Source: Mycolicibacterium smegmatis (GTDB taxonomy: Bacteria > Actinomycetota > Actinomycetes > Mycobacteriales > Mycobacteriaceae). Taken from it: a stretch of DNA of 32,000 nucleotides. Shown in pieces: positions 9,321-18,593 of this stretch (its first letter is position 1; every line of letters begins with the position of its first letter). Where the stretch lies: assembly GCF_001457595.1 (NCBI RefSeq), contig NZ_LN831039.1:1560001-1592000 (forward strand), given 5' to 3'. The notes beneath the pieces were generated by a model. It did no database searches. It was given only the letters and a program-made list of their open reading frames with translations, and was not told the DNA's origin. Made by a program: the position numbers and the translations under genes.

Positions 9321-10081
9321 GCGAACCCGTCCGGATCGAACGCAACGGCCCGGTCACCACGGTCATCATCGACCGACCCGAGGCGAGGAACGCGGTGAAC
9401 GGCCCGACCGCCGCGGCGCTGTTCGCCGCGTTCGAGGAGTTCGACGCCGACGACACCGCGTCGGTGGCGGTGTTGACCGGCGCGAACGGAACATTCTGCG
9501 CGGGAGCCGATCTGAAGGCGTTCGGTACGCCCGAGGCGAACCAGGTGCACCGCGAAGGTCCCGGGCCGATGGGCCCGAGCCGGATGGACCTGTCGAAACC
9601 GGTGATCGCGGCGATCAGCGGATACGCCGTCGCAGGTGGCCTCGAACTTGCGCTGTGGTGTGACCTGCGCGTGGTCGACGAGGACGCCACGATGGGTGTG
9701 TTCTGCCGGCGCTGGGGCGTACCGCTCATCGACGGCGGGACAGTGCGCCTACCGCGGCTGATCGGGCACAGCCGCGCGATGGACCTGATCCTCACCGGGC
9801 GCGCGGTCGACGCAGCCGAGGCGTATGCGATAGGGCTGGCCAACCGTGTGGTCCCCACCGGGCAGGCCCGCCAGGCGGCCGAGGAACTCGCCGCCGAACT
9901 CGCGCGTCTGCCCCAGCAGTGCATGCGGGCCGACCGCCTGTCGGCTCTGCACCAGTGGGGCGAATCAGAGAAGGCGGCAATGGATTTCGAGTTCGCCTCC
10001 ATATCGCGGGTCAAGGACGAGGCCATGCACGGGGCGGGACGGTTCGCCGCGGGCGCAGGCCGCCACGGAGCGAACGCGTGA
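9317..10081 (+). CDS. echA5: Enoyl-CoA hydratase (Rv0675 echA5-like)
   Basis: 254 aa. The GTG start overlaps the upstream stop (GTGA at 9317-9320). Motifs: VIIDRPEARNA, FCAGADLK, ISGYAVAGGLELALWCDLRV. Confidence 0.88.
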   Translation: MSEPVRIERNGPVTTVIIDRPEARNAVNGPTAAALFAAFEEFDADDTASVAVLTGANGTFCAGADLKAFGTPEANQVHREGPGPMGPSRMDLSKPVIAAISGYAVAGGLELALWCDLRVVDEDATMGVFCRRWGVPLIDGGTVRLPRLIGHSRAMDLILTGRAVDAAEAYAIGLANRVVPTGQARQAAEELAAELARLPQQCMRADRLSALHQWGESEKAAMDFEFASISRVKDEAMHGAGRFAAGAGRHGANA

Positions 10082-10085
10082 TCCG

Positions 10086-10141
10086 CGCTCGTAACGCCAC
10101 GGCGGTCTCGGGCCGATTTTTCCGCCGTGGCGTTGCGAGCG
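10086..10141. terminator. Long hairpin between convergent echA5 and the LysR gene; candidate bidirectional terminator
   Basis: CGCTCGTAACGCCACGGCGG (10086-10105) pairs with CCGCCGTGGCGTTGCGAGCG (10122-10141). This is a 20-bp stem with one G-T wobble and a 16-nt loop ending in TTTTT. Confidence 0.6.
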
Positions 10142-10174
10142 GCGAGCAGACACAGCCACCGGGCGCTCTGAGAG

Positions 10175-11074
10175 TCAGCCGGGTGCCATCAGGTACGGGT
10201 TGTCGTTCACGACCTCGTTGAGGAATTGGGCGACTGCGCGCACCCGGCCGACCTGACGTAGCTCGCGGGGTATCACCATCCAGTAGCGGCGCCGTACCGA
10301 GAATTCGTGCGGCAGCACGCATGTCAGCTCCGGATCGGATTCGGCGATGTACTGCGGCAACGGCGCGATGCCCAGGCCGCCGCGCGCCGCGAGCCAGTGG
10401 CCGGTGATGTTGTTGGTCTGGATCGCCACGCGCTGCTTGTGAGGTAACAAACCCAGGATCCGCAACGGGGCCACGTCGAGCAGGGCGTCGATGTACCAGA
10501 TCAGGGTGTGGCGGGCCAGGTCTGCGAGTTCGTCGATCGGCGGTGCGTCGTCGAGATATCCGGGCGTCGCGTACAACCGCAGGTCGTAGCCCGCGAGGGC
10601 CTGCACCAGGACGCCGCGCGACGGCGGTTCCTCCAGGGTGACCGCGATGTCGAAATGCCGCGCGGACAATGACCGGTGCTCGGTCGCGGTCGCCATCTCG
10701 ATGTCGAGGTGGGGATGGCGGCGTCGCAGGTCGGCCAGACGCGGAGCCAGCACGAACGCACCGAAGCCGTCGGTGGTCGCGACGCTCACCGTCCCGGTCA
10801 GGGGGCCGGCCGACGTCCGCGTCTCGTAGGCCGCGATGACGGCCGACTCGACCGTCTCGGCCCGTGGAAACAGATCCGCCCCGGCCTCGGTCAACTGCCA
10901 GCCGCCCGGAGATCTGTCGAAAAGCCTTTCGCCGATCGATTTTTCGAGTGCGGTGATGCGCCTGCCCACGGTCGTGTGGTCGACGCCGAGGTTGCGCGCG
11001 GCATCGTTGAGCCGCCCGGTCCGTGCGACCTCCAGGAAGTACCGCAGGTTGTCGGCACTGAACATCGTCGACAT
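10175..11074 (-). CDS. LysR-family transcriptional regulator
   Basis: The ORF is 10175..11302; I prefer ATG 11074 (MSTMFSADNLRYFLEVARTGRLNDAARNLGVDHTTVGRRITALE), which gives the canonical ~300 aa with an N-terminal HTH. It is divergent from the Fe-ADH gene. Confidence 0.9.
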   Translation of the reverse strand: MSTMFSADNLRYFLEVARTGRLNDAARNLGVDHTTVGRRITALEKSIGERLFDRSPGGWQLTEAGADLFPRAETVESAVIAAYETRTSAGPLTGTVSVATTDGFGAFVLAPRLADLRRRHPHLDIEMATATEHRSLSARHFDIAVTLEEPPSRGVLVQALAGYDLRLYATPGYLDDAPPIDELADLARHTLIWYIDALLDVAPLRILGLLPHKQRVAIQTNNITGHWLAARGGLGIAPLPQYIAESDPELTCVLPHEFSVRRRYWMVIPRELRQVGRVRAVAQFLNEVVNDNPYLMAPG

Positions 11075-11192
11075 GGGCGCACACCTTACCTGCAAATCTG
11101 CACGAGCGCGTGCGGGAATGGCTGTTGACGGGTGCACAAATGAGCCGAGAGCATGGGGGCACCGCACGAAACCCCGACCCGAGGACGATCCC

Positions 11193-12350
11193 ATGGTGAC
11201 CAACATCGCGCTTCCGCGTTTCGCGAAAATCGGTGCAGGAGCAGCAGATACGCTCGGCGAGGTCATCGCCGACCTCGGCATCTCGCGGCCCGTGCTGGTC
11301 ACCGACCGCTACCTCGTCGAGACCGGGCAGGCCGAACGGCTGGCCAAGACGCTGCACGCCGCGGGCAGCACGGCCGCCGTGTTCTCCGACACCGTGCCGG
11401 ACCCGACGGTGGAGTCCCTTTCCGCCGGACTGGAACTCGTTCGCGCCCACCGAGCCGACGGCATCATCGGGTTCGGCGGAGGCAGACCGATGGACACCGC
11501 GAAAGCGCTCGCGGTGCTCTCGGCCAACGGTGGCGACATCGCCTCCTACAAGGCACCCAGCAGCTACACCGGGCCGGCGCTGCCCATCGTGGCCGTACCC
11601 ACCACCGCTGGAAGCGGTTCGGAAGCAACGCAGTTCACGGTGATCACCGACGGCGAGACCGACGAGAAGATGCTGTGCCCTGGGCTGTCGTTCCTGCCGA
11701 TCGCGATCGTGGTGGATTACGAACTGACGGTGTCGATGCCCGCCCGTCTCACCGCCGACACCGGTGTCGACGCCCTCACGCACGCCATCGAGGCCTACGT
11801 CAGCAGGCGCGCCGGCGGATTCTCGGATGCGCTGGCGCTCGCGGCGATGCAGTCGATCTCGAAGCATCTGCGGCGTGCCTACGTCGACGGCGACGACCGC
11901 GAGGCGCGCGAGGCGATGATGCTCGCGTCGACGCAGGCGGGCATGGCGTTCTCCAACTCCTCCGTGGCACTCGTGCACGGCATGAGCCGGCCGATCGGCG
12001 GTCACTTCCACGTCGCGCACGGTCTGTCCAATGCGATGCTGCTGCCTGCCGTCACCCGGTTCTCGGTCGAGTCGGCGATCGGGCGGTACGCCGACTGCGC
12101 CCGCGCGATGGGGATCGTCGGCGCGGCTGTCGCGGACCGCGATGCGGCAAGTGAGCTCGTCACCGAACTCGAGCGGCTGTGCGCGGACGTGGAGGTGCCC
12201 ACCCCGCGCTCGTACGGCATCGACGAGAAGGATTGGGAGGCCAGGCTTCCCACCATAGCCGAGCAGGCACTGGCGTCAGGCTCGCCGCAGAACAATCCGC
12301 GGGTGCCCACGCACGACGAGATCGTCGCGCTCTACCGCGAGATCTATTGA
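11193..12350 (+). CDS. Iron-containing (group III) alcohol dehydrogenase
   Basis: Internal ATG 11193 of ORF 10836..12350 (MVTNIALPRF). Motifs: GFGGGRPMDTAKA, VAVPTTAGSGSE, DALTHAIEAY, and the His-rich metal site VHGMSRPIGGHFHVAHG. Confidence 0.9.
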   Translation: MVTNIALPRFAKIGAGAADTLGEVIADLGISRPVLVTDRYLVETGQAERLAKTLHAAGSTAAVFSDTVPDPTVESLSAGLELVRAHRADGIIGFGGGRPMDTAKALAVLSANGGDIASYKAPSSYTGPALPIVAVPTTAGSGSEATQFTVITDGETDEKMLCPGLSFLPIAIVVDYELTVSMPARLTADTGVDALTHAIEAYVSRRAGGFSDALALAAMQSISKHLRRAYVDGDDREAREAMMLASTQAGMAFSNSSVALVHGMSRPIGGHFHVAHGLSNAMLLPAVTRFSVESAIGRYADCARAMGIVGAAVADRDAASELVTELERLCADVEVPTPRSYGIDEKDWEARLPTIAEQALASGSPQNNPRVPTHDEIVALYREIY

Positions 12351-12354
12351 GGGA

Positions 12355-12765
12355 CTATCCCTTGCTGACGGAGTTGCCGCTGCCGGTGTTGTTGATCTTG
12401 GGGTCCCCGTCGCGGTAGGTGATGGTGTTGTTGAGGCCGACGACCGTGAGGTCCTTGTCGATCTTCTCGAACGTGATCTTGTTGTCGGAGCCGCCGATGT
12501 TGACGTTGGCGCACGTGCCCTTGACGGTCAGCGTGTTGTTGGCCCCGCCCACGGTCAGGGACTTGCCGTCGGCGCAGTCGATGTCGGCGGTGGTGCCGAC
12601 CGACATGTAGTTGATGGTGTTGCCGATCTCGACGTTGACACCGGACGATCCGGCCGTCGCCGAAGGCGTGTTGGTGTCAGAGCTTTCCGAACCGCAGGCC
12701 GCGAGACCCAGGACCGCGACCGCTGCCGCGGTGGTGCCGAGGATCCGGGTGGTGTGCGCACGCAT
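12355..12765 (-). CDS. DUF3060-family lipoprotein (Rv0679c-like)
   Basis: 136 aa. Signal peptide plus lipobox (VLGLAAC GSES). Repeated N-T-(I/L)-T-V beta-strand-like units and a conserved Cys pair (DC...GTC). Confidence 0.8.
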   Translation of the reverse strand: MRAHTTRILGTTAAAVAVLGLAACGSESSDTNTPSATAGSSGVNVEIGNTINYMSVGTTADIDCADGKSLTVGGANNTLTVKGTCANVNIGGSDNKITFEKIDKDLTVVGLNNTITYRDGDPKINNTGSGNSVSKG

Positions 12766-12795
12766 GAGCTTCTCTGCTTTCTCCGTCGGATCGCC

Positions 12796-13173
12796 TCAGG
12801 CGGGAACGCGGTCGATGACGTTGGTCATCTGCAGTTCCCGGCCGCGGTCGATCACGGCGGGCTGTCCGTTCTTGTAGAACACCGTCTGGTCGTAGCCGTA
12901 CACCGTGATGTCGTTGATGACGTTCTCGGCGACGACGACGTTCGACGACCCCTGCACCGTGACGGCCCAGCAGGTTCCCATCGCGTTGATGTGGTTACCC
13001 GTGCCGGTCACGAACAGGGTGGCGTTGTTGCAGTCCAGCGTCCGCTCCACGCCCTGTCCGGTGATGTGGGTGTCGCCGTTCTTCGCGCCGGCCGTGGGCA
13101 GCCCGACGGCCAGGGCCATCGGCAGGGCGATGACGCAGGACACGGCGATTCGGCCAACGGCGATCCAATGCAC
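12796..13173 (-). CDS. DUF3060-family exported/membrane-anchored protein (Rv0680c-like)
   Basis: Only the 3' 125 codons of ORF 12796..14034 look genuine. GTG 13173 is preceded by GGAGGA 6 nt upstream. It has an N-terminal hydrophobic anchor and the same DC...GTC and N.I.V pattern as its neighbour. Confidence 0.75.
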   Translation of the reverse strand: MHWIAVGRIAVSCVIALPMALAVGLPTAGAKNGDTHITGQGVERTLDCNNATLFVTGTGNHINAMGTCWAVTVQGSSNVVVAENVINDITVYGYDQTVFYKNGQPAVIDRGRELQMTNVIDRVPA

Positions 13174-13353
13174 GGTGTTTCCTCCATCCGCTCCAGACCA
13201 GAAGTCTGCTGCAACGAAGAGTACGTGGCCGTCACAGGAACCCGGCAGCGGTTGGGCAGTTCCCCCGCGAGTCCCGCCACCCCCGGGCCGGGTTGGACGC
13301 CGCGTGAGGCGAAGGGTCGCGGGGATCGGCGGTGCTCGGTAGCGTGATGAGCG

Positions 13354-13935
13354 ATGTGCCGGCGTGTTGTTGAGGCTGCTGCCGTCGCGGTCACAGCCGT
13401 TGTGACCGCTGCGGCGTGTTCGCACACCGTCACCGGGACGGCGCAGCGCGCCCAGTCCGACCCAGCGGACCCCAATCGCAGCTACGGATATGTCGACGAC
13501 CGTTGCGGCCTCCTCGTCGACAGCACGGTCCAGGAGATCCTCGGCGCCGACAACGTCGTCCGCCCCTACAGCGGCGCGGTGTGCCAGTACGTGCTCTCCC
13601 GCAAGACCCAGCCCGAGCCCGGACCCGATGAAGGTCAGGAGTCGGGGGCCGGGCCCGCGATGATCGACGTCGTGTTCTCCTGGTTCGAAACCGGAACCCT
13701 GCAGCGTGAACGTGAGGTGGCCGAGCAGCGCGAGGCGACCATCACCGACACCGTGATCGAGCGGCAGCAGGCGTTCCTGGCCCGGCGTGACGTGACCGGC
13801 GCGGCCTGTTCGGCGACCGCGGCCGCCGGGTCCGGAGTGCTCAGCTGGTGGGTGCAGTTCCGCGGCAAGCAGGACGGTGATCCGTGCAAGGACGCCGAGA
13901 AGCTCCTGTCGCGGACCCTGCAGTCGGAACTGTAG
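13354..13935 (+). CDS. Putative lipoprotein, DUF3558-like
   Basis: 193 aa. Signal peptide with lipobox-like VTAAAC S, four spaced Cys residues and an early D.CGLL motif as in DUF3558 lipoproteins. In-frame TGA TGA immediately upstream fixes the start. Confidence 0.68.
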   Translation: MCRRVVEAAAVAVTAVVTAAACSHTVTGTAQRAQSDPADPNRSYGYVDDRCGLLVDSTVQEILGADNVVRPYSGAVCQYVLSRKTQPEPGPDEGQESGAGPAMIDVVFSWFETGTLQREREVAEQREATITDTVIERQQAFLARRDVTGAACSATAAAGSGVLSWWVQFRGKQDGDPCKDAEKLLSRTLQSEL

Positions 13936-13937
13936 AC

Positions 13938-14459
13938 ATGCGTCGCCAGGTCCGTCTGGCGGCCGCAGTGGCCGCATTCCCGGTGCTGATCGCAGCGTGC
14001 GGCACGCACGACCCGGCGCCGGCCGAACAGTCACCCACCGCGGCCCCGGGTTTTCGCGGGGTCGACTGCAACGGCGTCACCGACGCCGACATCGACAAGG
14101 CCGTCGGATCCGGCATGTTCGAGAAAGCGGTGGTCAGCGACACGGGATGCTTCTGGCAGGAGAACACCATGCTCGGCACGTTCGGGGCAGGCATGGGCAT
14201 CTCGACGTGGTGGTACCGGGGCAGCGACATGGACACCGAGCGCACCCTGGAACAGAACGCCGGACGCACCCTGACCGAACTGTCGCTCGACGGCAACAAG
14301 GGCTTCAAGGCGGCCGACACCAACGTCTGCAGCATCTACGTGGCTAAGGGCGGCGACGTCATCACCTGGTCGATCCAGACGATGAACCCCGCGGCGCTGC
14401 CCGACCTGTGCACCGTGATCGAGCAGTTGGCGCAGCTGAGTCAGGACCGGGTGAACTGA
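13938..14459 (+). CDS. Putative lipoprotein, DUF3558-like (paralogue of the upstream gene)
   Basis: Internal ATG 13938 lies 2 nt after the upstream TAG. The product starts MRRQVRLAAAVAAFPVLIAAC GTHD (lipobox) and has four spaced Cys residues. Confidence 0.7.
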   Translation: MRRQVRLAAAVAAFPVLIAACGTHDPAPAEQSPTAAPGFRGVDCNGVTDADIDKAVGSGMFEKAVVSDTGCFWQENTMLGTFGAGMGISTWWYRGSDMDTERTLEQNAGRTLTELSLDGNKGFKAADTNVCSIYVAKGGDVITWSIQTMNPAALPDLCTVIEQLAQLSQDRVN

Positions 14460-14573
14460 TCCGCCGCGCGCGCCACACCGTCACACCAACCGCCAGGGGC
14501 TAGAGTTTCACGGCGACCCGAAACCGGTGCCGCCCGGACGACAGGTCCGGGAAGAAAGCCAGAAGAGAAGGTA

Positions 14574-15200
14574 GTGCGCATGTCCGTTCGGCCGGAACCC
14601 TCCTCGGGGAGCCGCCGCGGCCACGTGCGCGCGACCCGGACCACTCGCCTGAGCCGCGACACCATCGTCAACGCCGCACTGACGTTCCTCGACCGCGAGG
14701 GCTGGGACGCGCTGACCATCAACGCACTGGCCAACCAGCTCGGCACCAAGGGCCCGTCGCTGTACAACCACGTGCACAGCCTCGATGATCTGCGCCGCAC
14801 CGTACGGATGCGCGTGATCGACGACATCATCTCGATGCTCAACCGGGTGGGGGAGGGCCGCACGCGCGACGACGCCGTGATCGCCATGGCCAGCGCCTAC
14901 CGCAGTTACGCACATCACCATCCCGGGCGGTACTCGGCGTTCACCCGGATGCCGTTCGGTGACGACGACCCCGAGTACTCGGCGGCCACCAAGGCGGCCG
15001 CGGCACCGGTCATCGAGGTGCTCGCGTCGTTCGGGCTCGAAGGTGAGCAGGCCTTCTACGCTGCGCTGGAGTTCTGGTCAGCCCTGCACGGCTTCGTGTT
15101 GCTGGAGATGACGGGCGTCATGGACGACGTCGACACCGACGCGGTTTTCACCGATATGCTGCTGCGCCTGGCCTCCGGGATGGAGCGTCGCGAAGCGTAG
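14574..15200 (+). CDS. TetR/AcrR-family transcriptional regulator (Rv0681-like)
   Basis: 208 aa; start at GTG 14574 or ATG 14580. The N-terminal HTH (IVNAALTFLDREGWDALTINALANQLGTKGPSLYNHV) is typical. It lies directly upstream of the str operon, as in M. tuberculosis. Confidence 0.88.
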   Translation: MRMSVRPEPSSGSRRGHVRATRTTRLSRDTIVNAALTFLDREGWDALTINALANQLGTKGPSLYNHVHSLDDLRRTVRMRVIDDIISMLNRVGEGRTRDDAVIAMASAYRSYAHHHPGRYSAFTRMPFGDDDPEYSAATKAAAAPVIEVLASFGLEGEQAFYAALEFWSALHGFVLLEMTGVMDDVDTDAVFTDMLLRLASGMERREA

Positions 15201-15246
15201 GGTGGACCTCACTGTCTGACCTGCGATTAGACCGCCGTGCACGAGT

Positions 15247-15276
15247 TTGTTTCGTCGCGGTCGGCCCTGGTATTGT
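15247..15276 (+). promoter_or_regulatory. Candidate SigA-type promoter for the str operon
   Basis: TTGTTT (15247-15252), an 18-nt spacer ending in TGG (extended -10-like), then TATTGT (15271-15276). This implies a 5' leader of about 200 nt before rpsL. Prediction by eye only. Confidence 0.35.
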
Positions 15277-15483
15277 GGTGGATCGTGCCTGGCCCGAAAG
15301 GCGCCTGCGGCTGATCCTGTACGCAAGCGTGCCCGCACGCCGGGCCAATTCGCATGTCTATCACGCATCGGTCCGAACCGATGCGGACGCGTGCGACACG
15401 CCCGGACGCGGGGGACGCAGACGGGTGAAAACAGCAGTACAGAGACTTAAGAACAAGAGAAGCAACACAGAGAAAGCCGGTAC

Positions 15484-15858
15484 ATGCCAACCATTCAGCA
15501 GCTGGTCCGCAAGGGCCGCCGCGACAAGATCGCCAAGGTGAAGACCGCGGCCCTCAAGGGCAGCCCGCAGCGTCGCGGCGTGTGCACGCGCGTTTACACC
15601 ACCACTCCGAAGAAGCCGAACTCGGCGCTCCGGAAGGTCGCGCGCGTGAAGCTGACCAGCCAGGTTGAGGTGACCGCTTACATCCCGGGTGAAGGCCACA
15701 ACCTTCAGGAGCACTCGATGGTGCTGGTGCGTGGCGGTCGTGTGAAGGACCTGCCCGGTGTCCGTTACAAGATCATCCGCGGTTCGCTCGACACCCAGGG
15801 TGTGAAGAACCGCAAGCAGGCCCGCAGCCGCTATGGCGCGAAGAAGGAGAAGAGCTAA
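15484..15858 (+). CDS. rpsL: 30S ribosomal protein S12
   Basis: 124 aa; [12 protein letters not shown]...[14 protein letters not shown] is the canonical S12 sequence. Confidence 0.99.
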
Positions 15859-16328
15859 TGCCGCGCAAGGGACCCGCGCCGAAGCGTCCGTTGGTCAACG
15901 ACCCCGTCTACGGCTCGCAGCTGGTCACCCAGCTCGTGAACAAGGTCCTGCTCGAGGGCAAGAAATCGCTGGCTGAGCGCATCGTGTACGGCGCGCTCGA
16001 GCAGGCCCGCGAGAAGACCGGCACCGATCCGGTCGTCACCCTGAAGCGCGCACTCGACAACGTCAAGCCTGCCCTCGAGGTCCGTAGCCGCCGCGTCGGT
16101 GGCGCGACCTACCAGGTCCCGGTCGAGGTGCGGCCCGATCGTTCCACCACGCTGGCGCTGCGCTGGCTGGTGAACTTCTCCCGTCAGCGTCGTGAGAAGA
16201 CCATGGTCGAGCGTCTGGCCAACGAGATCCTCGATGCCAGCAACGGCCTCGGCGCCTCCGTCAAGCGGCGTGAGGACACCCACAAGATGGCCGAGGCGAA
16301 CCGGGCCTTCGCGCACTACCGCTGGTGA
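15858..16328 (+). CDS. rpsG: 30S ribosomal protein S7
   Basis: 156 aa; [20 protein letters not shown]. The start overlaps the rpsL stop (TAATG). Confidence 0.99.
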
Positions 16329-16398
16329 TAGCCGCCGGCGAGCAGTGTTGCCGCCGGCGCAATGACCACACATCTACGAAGCGAGAGAGAAGACTTCT

Positions 16399-18504
16399 GT
16401 GGCACAGAAGGACGTGCTTACCGACCTGAACAAGGTCCGCAACATCGGCATCATGGCGCACATCGATGCCGGCAAGACCACGACGACCGAGCGCATCCTG
16501 TACTACACCGGCGTCAACTACAAGATCGGTGAGACGCACGACGGTGCCTCCACGACCGACTGGATGGAGCAGGAGCAGGAGCGTGGTATCACCATCACCT
16601 CCGCGGCTGTGACCTGCTTCTGGAACAACAACCAGATCAACATCATCGACACCCCGGGCCACGTCGACTTCACCGTCGAGGTGGAGCGCTCGCTGCGCGT
16701 GCTCGATGGTGCGGTCGCCGTGTTCGACGGCAAAGAAGGCGTGGAGCCGCAGTCCGAGCAGGTGTGGCGGCAGGCCGACAAGTACGACGTGCCGCGTATC
16801 TGCTTCGTCAACAAGATGGACAAGCTCGGCGCGGACTTCTACTTCACCGTGCGCACCATCGAGGAGCGCCTCGGTGCCAAGCCGCTGGTGATCCAGCTGC
16901 CGATCGGTGCCGAGAACGACTTCATCGGCATCATCGACCTGGTCGAGATGAAGGCCAAGGTGTGGCGCGGCGAGACCGCCCTCGGTGAGAAGTACGAGGT
17001 CGAGGACATCCCCGCGGACCTCGCCGACAAGGCCGAGGAGTACCGCACCAAGCTGCTCGAGACCGTCGCCGAGAGCGACGAGGCACTGCTGGAGAAGTAC
17101 TTCGGTGGCGAGGAGCTCTCGGTCGACGAGATCAAGGGCGCGATCCGCAAGCTGACGGTCAACAGCGAGCTGTACCCGGTGCTGTGCGGCAGCGCGTTCA
17201 AGAACAAGGGCGTGCAGCCCATGCTCGACGCGGTCATCGACTACCTGCCGTCGCCGCTGGACGTCGAGTCCGTGCAGGGTCACGTGCCCGGCAAGGAAGA
17301 CGAGGTCATCAGCCGCAAGCCGTCGGTCGACGAGCCCTTCTCGGCGCTGGCGTTCAAGATCGCGGTGCACCCGTTCTTCGGCAAGCTGACCTACGTCCGC
17401 GTGTACTCCGGTGTCGTGGAATCCGGTTCCCAGGTGGTCAACTCGACCAAGGGCAAGAAGGAGCGGCTGGGCAAGCTGTTCCAGATGCACGCCAACAAGG
17501 AGAACCCGGTCGAACGGGCCTCCGCCGGCCACATCTACGCCGTGATCGGTCTGAAGGACACCACCACCGGCGACACGCTGTGCGATCCGAACGAGCAGGT
17601 CGTGCTCGAGTCGATGACCTTCCCGGATCCGGTCATCGAGGTGGCCATCGAGCCCAAGACCAAGAGTGACCAGGAGAAGCTGGGCACCGCGATCCAGAAG
17701 CTCGCCGAAGAGGACCCGACCTTCAAGGTGCACCTGGACCAGGAGACCGGCCAGACCGTCATCGGCGGCATGGGCGAGCTGCACCTGGACATCCTCGTGG
17801 ACCGCATGCGTCGCGAGTTCAAGGTCGAGGCCAACGTCGGCAAGCCGCAGGTGGCCTACCGCGAGACGATCAAGCGCAAGGTCGAGAAGGTCGAGTACAC
17901 CCACAAGAAGCAGACGGGTGGCTCGGGCCAGTTCGCGAAGGTGCTCATCGATCTGGAGCCGTTCGTCGGCGAGGACGGTGCCACCTACGAGTTCGAGAAC
18001 AAGGTCACCGGTGGCCGCATCCCGCGCGAGTACATCCCCTCGGTGGACGCGGGCGCCCAGGACGCCATGCAGTACGGCGTGCTCGCCGGCTACCCGCTGG
18101 TGAACCTGAAGGTGACGCTGCTCGACGGCGCCTACCACGAGGTCGACTCCTCGGAAATGGCGTTCAAAGTTGCGGGTTCACAGGCGTTGAAGAAGGCCGC
18201 TCAGGCGGCTCAGCCGGTGATCCTGGAGCCGATCATGGCGGTCGAGGTGACCACACCCGAGGACTACATGGGTGAAGTGATCGGTGACCTGAACTCCCGC
18301 CGTGGTCAGATCCAGGCCATGGAGGAGCGCAGCGGTGCGCGCGTCGTCAAGGCGCAGGTGCCGCTGTCGGAGATGTTCGGCTACGTCGGCGACCTCCGGT
18401 CGAAGACGCAGGGCCGGGCGAACTACTCCATGGTGTTCGACTCGTACGCCGAAGTCCCGGCGAACGTGTCGAAGGAGATCATCGCGAAGGCGACTGGCCA
18501 GTAA
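16399..18504 (+). CDS. fusA: Elongation factor G
   Basis: 701 aa with GTG start. G-domain motifs [14 protein letters not shown] and NKMD are present, and the protein has EF-G character along its full length. Confidence 0.99.
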   Translation: MAQKDVLTDLNKVRNIGIMAHIDAGKTTTTERILYYTGVNYKIGETHDGASTTDWMEQEQERGITITSAAVTCFWNNNQINIIDTPGHVDFTVEVERSLRVLDGAVAVFDGKEGVEPQSEQVWRQADKYDVPRICFVNKMDKLGADFYFTVRTIEERLGAKPLVIQLPIGAENDFIGIIDLVEMKAKVWRGETALGEKYEVEDIPADLADKAEEYRTKLLETVAESDEALLEKYFGGEELSVDEIKGAIRKLTVNSELYPVLCGSAFKNKGVQPMLDAVIDYLPSPLDVESVQGHVPGKEDEVISRKPSVDEPFSALAFKIAVHPFFGKLTYVRVYSGVVESGSQVVNSTKGKKERLGKLFQMHANKENPVERASAGHIYAVIGLKDTTTGDTLCDPNEQVVLESMTFPDPVIEVAIEPKTKSDQEKLGTAIQKLAEEDPTFKVHLDQETGQTVIGGMGELHLDILVDRMRREFKVEANVGKPQVAYRETIKRKVEKVEYTHKKQTGGSGQFAKVLIDLEPFVGEDGATYEFENKVTGGRIPREYIPSVDAGAQDAMQYGVLAGYPLVNLKVTLLDGAYHEVDSSEMAFKVAGSQALKKAAQAAQPVILEPIMAVEVTTPEDYMGEVIGDLNSRRGQIQAMEERSGARVVKAQVPLSEMFGYVGDLRSKTQGRANYSMVFDSYAEVPANVSKEIIAKATGQ

Positions 18505-18593
18505 TCTGGCCCGTCGGCCCAGCGAGACCGCACAACTGAACACATCAACATCTGCTTTAACCAAAGCACCAACAAGTCCAGGAGGACACAACA

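Noticed and set aside
10011-12020. A 669-aa minus-strand ORF covering the LysR gene in another frame and lying antisense to the Fe-ADH gene.
   Set aside because: It conflicts with two well-supported genes. The composition is Arg/Pro/Gly-rich and unlike real proteins.
13174-14034. The 5' extension of ORF 12796..14034, which would give a 412-aa protein.
   Set aside because: Only the last 125 codons resemble DUF3060 proteins, and they have their own GGAGGA-N6-GTG start. The extension is antisense to the two DUF3558-like lipoprotein genes.
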